From Nemertoderma westbladi (Eukaryota > Animalia > Xenacoelomorpha), in NCBI GenBank assembly GCA_032718475.1, contig JAUCBJ010006633.1, positions 1 through 39,450 on the forward strand: DNA of 39,450 nt. Reading direction: 5' to 3'. A model generated the notes under the pieces. It did no database searches. It was not told the DNA's origin and saw only the letters and a list, made by a program, of their open reading frames with translations. Below, one piece after another: positions 33,244 through 39,450 of this stretch. The position numbers and the translations under genes are program-made. Numbering within the stretch: the stretch's first letter is position 1; every line of letters starts with the position of its first letter.

Positions 33244-33615
33244 GTGAGTGTCTGTACCGCACCCACAGTCTCCCCCCCCCCCCCCCCCCCCCCCCTTGAC
33301 CCTTGGCCCCTACCCGTAAAGGGGCCCCTCCCTTGGCCCCTATCCCGTAAAGGGGCAGTGTAATATTTTGTTGAATCGGAATAATTACTGATATCGATAA
33401 TCATATTTACTTACTAACATTGCGGAAAATTTTACCACCTCAGTGCTAATCTCTAAGAGGTGGTATTGCGGGGTAGAGTTGGGTTTTAGCAATACGGTGC
33501 CGCATTGATTGTATAAACCGCTTATCTTTTATGTCTATCATAATATCCAACTGTGGACGCAACGATTGCGCGCGACGATGCAACAATTGTGGACGACCCT
33601 ACCTGGCATGTGTAC

Positions 33616-34052
33616 TAGTTAGTGTGTTTAAACGGAATCAGACTTTTCGCCTTTCGGGTTTTCCGAGATCGGGACCGGGATTATCGCTCCCGGGATCCCG
33701 TTTTTCGGGATCGGGATTGTCATTCTGGATTAAATTCCTTAAAGTTATTAGTATATATGGCGGGTTTTGAGCAACATTGACTTTGTCTTACACATCTGAA
33801 ATATTAGTAAGATAAAGTTATATTAAAATTACTTTATAGTTGATTACTGGATGGTTTAATGACATAAAAATTATATATAATCAAAACATTTCCGTTCGGC
33901 TGGAACTATATTTATCAGAAATTCAACAAATTTACTTCACTATTTATACTTCGGGATTCCGTTCCAAAAGCGTCGGGATCGGGACCGAAATTTCATTTTC
34001 CATCGGGATCTCGTTTTTTCGGGATCGGGTTCCCGTTTCCGTTTTAACACTA
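33616..34052. mobile_element. hAT-like MITE
   Basis: Ends TAGT(TAGT)GTGTTTAAACGGA and TCCGTTTTAACACTA. Subterminal CGGGAT/ATCCCG repeats. 8-bp flanks ATGTGTAC (33608-33615) and ATATGTAC (34053-34060) are 7/8 identical. Confidence 0.65.
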
Positions 34053-34094
34053 ATATGTACCATATAGGACTCGTGTCCACAGCAATAAAAGCCC

Positions 34095-34664
34095 CATCGT
34101 CTGGGGCGTCGTGACATTGTGGCTGGGTCTGGTAACGCTAGTAACGCTGAGAAGTATGGTACTAAAGCCAATATTAAACACGCGCCGATCATAGTAAAGT
34201 TTGTCCGCTATAGAGTACGAGCGAAAGTTTTCTCTCAAGCCCACCGCCTCCGGAATACTGGTTTCTATGTCACCGAATCATTGACATCATTCCGATCGGG
34301 GCTACTTCGAGATGTTCGCACTAAGGGGATTGGTTGGTCCCGTGATGGACGGATTTTCGCTATGGGAACCGCAAATCGACCTGTTCTTATCACTGCTAGA
34401 AGTGATGTGTCATTGGTTAAGGAATTCACGGAAGAAGATCGAAAAGTTCGTCGACAACTCCTGAATGCCAATAGCAAACAAAAGTCTACGAAACCTTCCG
34501 TTGGTCCTACTGTTGAGATGAAAGATAAACCAAATCCTGCTCCAGGCCCAGCTGCACATCGAGCTACACCGAAAACCAATCCTATAACCAATCCTATAAA
34601 AATCCCTAATATTGGGAAAGCAAACTTATCTCCCAAAGTCATTGGAAAGAAATCCGTCAAATAA
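34095..34664 (+). pseudogene. LINE ORF1 C-terminal fragment (L1-ORF1/RRM-like)
   Basis: HRLG...PIIVKFVRY...LRNTGFYVTESLT...WSRDGRIF is typical of ORF1 in CR1/L2-group LINEs. Frame is disrupted and truncated upstream of HRLG. Confidence 0.8.
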
Positions 34665-35532
34665 GGTTACAATATTTCACAATAAAACAAACAAGGTTAA
34701 TTTAATTTATTTGCCCACAACGCCAGTGTGAATAATACTAACAAATAAATAGATTTGTTATATTTTATATGCCATATATGTACTCAATTATTTTAATCAT
34801 ATTATTCAGCATGTAAATAAATAAATAAATTTGTACTATTTAGCATGTAAGTAAATAAATATGTACTTATCATTTTATCAATCAAACTAACAAGGCCGTT
34901 AAAATCTAATAGATTATTTTATTACTATCAACAAAATACTATGTATGATAATAATTATACAAACAAACTATTTACGTATCATATAATCGTAATAATGCTT
35001 GCAAAATTATCGCACAATTATAGCTCCACCCCTTGGCTTAATCTAATAAGGCATTTTTGTTTGTATATTACAATATGTTATTTAACAAAAGAACATTATA
35101 ATACACTTGTACAAAACACAGGAGTATTGTAATATATTATTTGTGTAAGGCCCCTTTAATAGTAATTCAAGTATATTACCCACAAAGCTCAAATTAGTTT
35201 AAAACATGGCCCGGCATGGACCGTAATAATCAGGCATATCTCGTTATACAGACTAACTTTACTTGAACCTTGATCTTTATTTGTATCTCGTATTATTTTT
35301 TTTTGTGTGTGCTTGTCTAGATAGGTTGTTTAGTGATTATTTTGTAGTATATTGTAACTTTAGGTTTTTAGCGGTATTGTATAGGTAATAAGGGAGCAAC
35401 TGGGAGGGTACCTAACATTTCTCGAGATTCGAACTGTGCTCTTAAGCTGTGTGTTAAACTCACAGAGCAGAACAGCATATTTATACTTAGATATACTTAG
35501 TTATACCCGTTTTCCGATTTTTATCATTTCAT

Positions 35533-35713
35533 ATGCTTGCCGATAGGATGTTGCTGCTGCAGCAAAAAATTACGTAATAACTCTGTCATTCTACAGTGCA
35601 CCCTTTGTCACGAACAATCACATATTAAATGCCTACAAGGTGTGAAAAGAAATGACTTTGAATATTTGAAGGCATGTAACGACTGGATCTGCGGTACATG
35701 TATGTATTGCTGA
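35533..35713 (+). pseudogene. Frameshifted N-terminal PHD finger of LINE ORF2
   Basis: Frame starting at 35549 reads CCCCSKKLRNNSVILQCTLCHEQSHIKCLQGVKRNDFEYLKACNDWICGTC, a C4HC3 pattern with WxCxxC. It is out of frame with both ATG 35533 and ORF 35698. Confidence 0.8.
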
Positions 35714-38700
35714 TACCTTTCCAGAAAATTGTAAACGACGAGGAATTTATTTTGACTCTATGTGACTATAGACTACCCTCGGTAATTAATTTAGATCTTA
35801 TTGACGATAAATTTGTCAATTTCTTTGACAACGAAGAGTCGGATTTCGCTGACACTGAATTCGATCCTGATACAAATTTTTTCAATAATAATAACCTCAA
35901 CTGCAAATATTATTCAAATTTATCAGATGTATATAAGGGACAAAATAATCAGTTTTCTGTAATGCAAACCAATGTCAGGAGTTTAAATAAAAATAGTGAC
36001 GACTTGCAGTTGTTATTACGATGTTTGGATAAACCACCTGACGTAATCGGTGTAAGTGAAACTTGGCAAAACGCTGACAATCATGATCTTTTCCAAATGA
36101 AAAACTATAATTTTTTTTATAACTTTCGTACAAATAAAATTGGTGGAGGTGCTGGAATTTATATCCGGGATGACCTGGACTGTGAAAAAAGATCTGATTT
36201 GGGTTCATTTAAATGTGGATTGTATGAAACAATTTTTGTAGAGTGGAAAAGAGAAGGGCACAGAAATGTGATTTTTGCTAATATTTATCGTCCTCCTAAC
36301 ACAGATATTGTTTCATTTTTGGAATGCTTGAAAACGGACATAGAAAAAATAAATAATGAAGGAAAATTATGTTATATTACTGGCGATTTCAATATAAATG
36401 TTCTACATGCAAATGATTGTCCTCAACCGCAAAATTTCCTTGAATTATTAAATCAAAATTTTTTTGTACCACTGGTAAATAAACCTACTCGAATAACCGA
36501 ACATAGTGCAACGGCGATAGATAATATACTCACTAATGACTTTACCACCATTACACATACCGGGGTTCTACTTGCACAAATTTCTGATCACTTGCCCATA
36601 ATTACCTTTTGTAACATTCCACATTCGACGAAGGCTACACCCCATAAATTTTTCTTCAGACGTGATCATTCAACTATAAATCTAGACCGATTTAAACAAG
36701 CGCTTCAGAGTCTAAATTCTGAAGGTTGGCATAATTTGCTCGGCTCGAACAATCCTGAGTCTGCTCATGATAATTTCATCTCCTCCTACCAAATATTATA
36801 TGAAACACATTTTCCACTCAAAAAAGTAAGGATAATAAACCCCGATAAACCTTGGATCACGGAATCACTGTTTAAATCAATTCGCACAAAACATAAATTA
36901 TATGCCGAATTTATTAAAATTCGGACACTCGAATATAAGCATAAGTTTTTAACATTCAAAAACAAATTAACAACTCTACTTCGTTGTGCAAAAAAGGAAT
37001 ACTTTCGTATTTTATTCAAGAAATTCAAGGGAAATGTAGGTAAAACATGGGATGTTCTTAAGTCAATTATCCCACTAACTTCTTGCAAAAAATCAAGCAA
37101 AGCGAATGTCAATTCGTCATTTCTCATCAATAAAAGGCTTGTAGACAATGGGAGTGATATTGTTAATGGCTTTAATGAACATTACTCAACATTCGCCAAC
37201 AAACTAGCAGATAAAATTCCCACAAACTCAGACTCGATTTACAAATATCTTCCAGGTGGTCAGTGCAACTCAATGTTACTATCCACTATCTCAAAGGAAG
37301 AGCTACATAACATTGTCTTTTCTCTTGAAAACAAAAAAGCAATCGGCCCCGATCTAGTGAACCCCTCAATATTTAAAAAGGTATTTGACCACATTGCTGA
37401 TCCATTGTTACATGTGATTAACTTGTCTATTGAAACTGGTATCGTACCGAAAGGTATGAAAGTGGCAAAAATTACACCTATTTATAAATCGAAAAACAAA
37501 AAATTGGTTATAAACTACAGACCAGTTAGTGTTTTATCATTTAGTTCCAAACTAATCGAGAAATGTGTGTTTAATCAGTTAATATCATACTTGGAAAAAA
37601 ATAATATTATTTCTGATCACCAGTTTGGCTTCCTAAAAGGAAAATCAATTGATCTAGCACTTTCACTTCTTTTCAATGAACTATCGAATGCAGCAGAGAA
37701 TACTTTAACTACAGTAGGTGTATTTCTTGATCTCTCAAAGGCCTTTGACACTGTTAATCACACAATTTTGTATAAAAAAATGGAACACTACGGCATTCGG
37801 GGTAAACCACTAGAATGGTTCAAAAGTTACCTTTCTGATAGATTTCAATATGTTCAGTACGGTGGATTTACTTCAACAAAGAAACCCATTACCATTGGTG
37901 TGCCTCAAGGATCAATCCTAGGTCCTATTCTATTTCTGCTATATATAAATGACATTGTTAATTGTTCAAAAATTCTAAATTTCATACTTTTTGCGGATGA
38001 TACCAATGTCTTTCTTTCAGGTCAAAATGTATCAGAAATTATCCACACCTTGAATATTGAACTAAAAAACGTCACTAATTGGTTGGCAATAAATAAACTT
38101 ACTCTTAATATTGATAAAACTAATTTCATGATATTCAAACAGAAACGTCCTTCAAATTTAATCTTACCACATCTACAAATATCTAATGCCTCTATTCCAG
38201 AAGTAACCAAAATAAAGTTTCTTGGTCTTATGCTATCAAACGACTTAAAGTGGAAAACACACATTAATTATATAAGATCAAAGATTTCTAAAAACGTTGG
38301 AATTATCAATAAACTGAAACATTTCATTCCTGAAACTATACGTCTCATGTTATATCATACACTAGTGGCATCTTACTTATCTTTTGGTTTGATACTGTGG
38401 GGTTTCAGTGCGACAGAGTCAACTCTTAAACCACTGATAAAATTGCAGAATAAAATAATACGTGTCGTCTCACTGAAATCCAAAACAGTTCACGCCGAAC
38501 CACTTTTCAAATATTTAAAAGTACTAAAACTTCAGGATTCCTATCGGCTACAATGTGTCAAATTAATCTATAAACATAGAACATCCTCGGTGAAGCTACC
38601 CTCAGAATTGAGTTCCAAACTGATACTCAATCGACAGGTACACTCTTATCCAACAAGAAATGCTGCTAATTATCACCTGCCCCTATATAAAACAGCATTA

Positions 38701-38832
38701 GCTAAGAGTGGTATCATGTACCAAGGCCCTGCATTATGGAACGAGCTTCCGACGGATATTAAACAATGCACTTCCCTGCCACAATTCAAAACTAAAATTA
38801 AAAACTACATCCTCAACACCTATGATTCATAA
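35698..38832 (+). CDS. LINE ORF2: APE endonuclease + reverse transcriptase (1044 aa)
   Basis: APE motifs NVRSL, VSETW, GGGAGIY, IYRPP, GDFNI, PTR..IDNI and ISDHLP. RT motifs NYRPVS, QFGF, FLDLSKAFDTV, GVPQGSILGP and FADDT. No stops. Confidence 0.96.
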   Translation: MYVLLIPFQKIVNDEEFILTLCDYRLPSVINLDLIDDKFVNFFDNEESDFADTEFDPDTNFFNNNNLNCKYYSNLSDVYKGQNNQFSVMQTNVRSLNKNSDDLQLLLRCLDKPPDVIGVSETWQNADNHDLFQMKNYNFFYNFRTNKIGGGAGIYIRDDLDCEKRSDLGSFKCGLYETIFVEWKREGHRNVIFANIYRPPNTDIVSFLECLKTDIEKINNEGKLCYITGDFNINVLHANDCPQPQNFLELLNQNFFVPLVNKPTRITEHSATAIDNILTNDFTTITHTGVLLAQISDHLPIITFCNIPHSTKATPHKFFFRRDHSTINLDRFKQALQSLNSEGWHNLLGSNNPESAHDNFISSYQILYETHFPLKKVRIINPDKPWITESLFKSIRTKHKLYAEFIKIRTLEYKHKFLTFKNKLTTLLRCAKKEYFRILFKKFKGNVGKTWDVLKSIIPLTSCKKSSKANVNSSFLINKRLVDNGSDIVNGFNEHYSTFANKLADKIPTNSDSIYKYLPGGQCNSMLLSTISKEELHNIVFSLENKKAIGPDLVNPSIFKKVFDHIADPLLHVINLSIETGIVPKGMKVAKITPIYKSKNKKLVINYRPVSVLSFSSKLIEKCVFNQLISYLEKNNIISDHQFGFLKGKSIDLALSLLFNELSNAAENTLTTVGVFLDLSKAFDTVNHTILYKKMEHYGIRGKPLEWFKSYLSDRFQYVQYGGFTSTKKPITIGVPQGSILGPILFLLYINDIVNCSKILNFILFADDTNVFLSGQNVSEIIHTLNIELKNVTNWLAINKLTLNIDKTNFMIFKQKRPSNLILPHLQISNASIPEVTKIKFLGLMLSNDLKWKTHINYIRSKISKNVGIINKLKHFIPETIRLMLYHTLVASYLSFGLILWGFSATESTLKPLIKLQNKIIRVVSLKSKTVHAEPLFKYLKVLKLQDSYRLQCVKLIYKHRTSSVKLPSELSSKLILNRQVHSYPTRNAANYHLPLYKTALAKSGIMYQGPALWNELPTDIKQCTSLPQFKTKIKNYILNTYDS

Positions 38833-39450
38833 CGTGCATCGTTCTTTACCAATTTTTACTAAGTGAAAAGTATTAGTACAGTTCCATGGATTATCCTATC
38901 TATTAATCTATGGTGAATTTTCATTTGCAAACTCTCGAGAGCCACAGTCAATAATAATCAATAATAACCAAAAAAAGGCCAGAATCGCCTTTGTTTACTT
39001 CACCTATTTATGTACCGTAATGATTTCCATATAACGACTATTCTTCTTCTCTCTGTTTATAAATTTCTGTTTAAGAAATATAAATTGTTCTCAATGAATT
39101 TCAAAATGACTATAAAGTAAATTTTTAATGCACAGTGTTATTTTATTTCTCACATTTACAGTGCTCACATCGGCGCATAAGCTATGCTTTGCTGATGTTA
39201 GTACTTTGGTTGAAGTCGGAATTCGGGTGCAATTGTTTTCTTTAGATTTATATACTGTAGACCTTCTAACTAGACTTAGGCAGTTGTAACTACTTAATAA
39301 TATCGTACAGTAATTATCCTAAGGCCTCAATGGGGTGGGTTGGGTTGGTAACACGTGCATGCTCTCATTAAATATTTTAGTTGAATCGTATTAGGTATAG
39401 GTTTAAATTTATTACATCATTATATTGGATATTATACGAGTCCTATGGGC

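Larger units (their letters stand above)
34070..39450 (+). mobile_element. CR1/L2-group LINE (Crack-like), truncated within ORF1; 3' end probably at or beyond the window edge
   Basis: ORF1 C-terminal part, ~870-bp AT-rich spacer, PHD + APE + RT ORF2 and a 3' UTR stem-loop at 39161-39204. Boundaries are approximate. Confidence 0.88.

Overview
AT-rich, repeat-dense genomic DNA from an invertebrate animal; the species cannot be determined from the sequence. Two host genes lie on the + strand. One is an intronless class B (secretin-family) GPCR most similar to pigment-dispersing factor receptors (9335-10735). The other is ERp44, of which three internal exons (23032-23260, 32336-32477, 33099-33243) splice in frame through GT-AG introns. 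I found no other ERp44 exons, so the GPCR may be nested in a very large ERp44 intron. The rest is mostly repeats and mobile elements. A 22-bp satellite is split by a 5'-truncated CR1-like LINE whose (CAATAAA)n tail overlaps the satellite unit. Two RTE-type 3' ends sit about 80 bp apart, each with a 14-bp TSD. A 1.78-kb Mutator-like element with a 9-bp TSD carries an in-frame internally deleted transposase. A palindrome-rich non-autonomous element occurs in two copies. There are also a pure (GTCG)n microsatellite, a 63-bp minisatellite with a 1325-bp higher-order duplication, several MITEs and a tRNA-like SINE head. Finally, a near-complete CR1/L2-group LINE has its ORF2 PHD finger put out of frame by two compensating frameshifts. 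All family assignments come from motif recognition, not database searches. There is no CRISPR array or other prokaryotic system.
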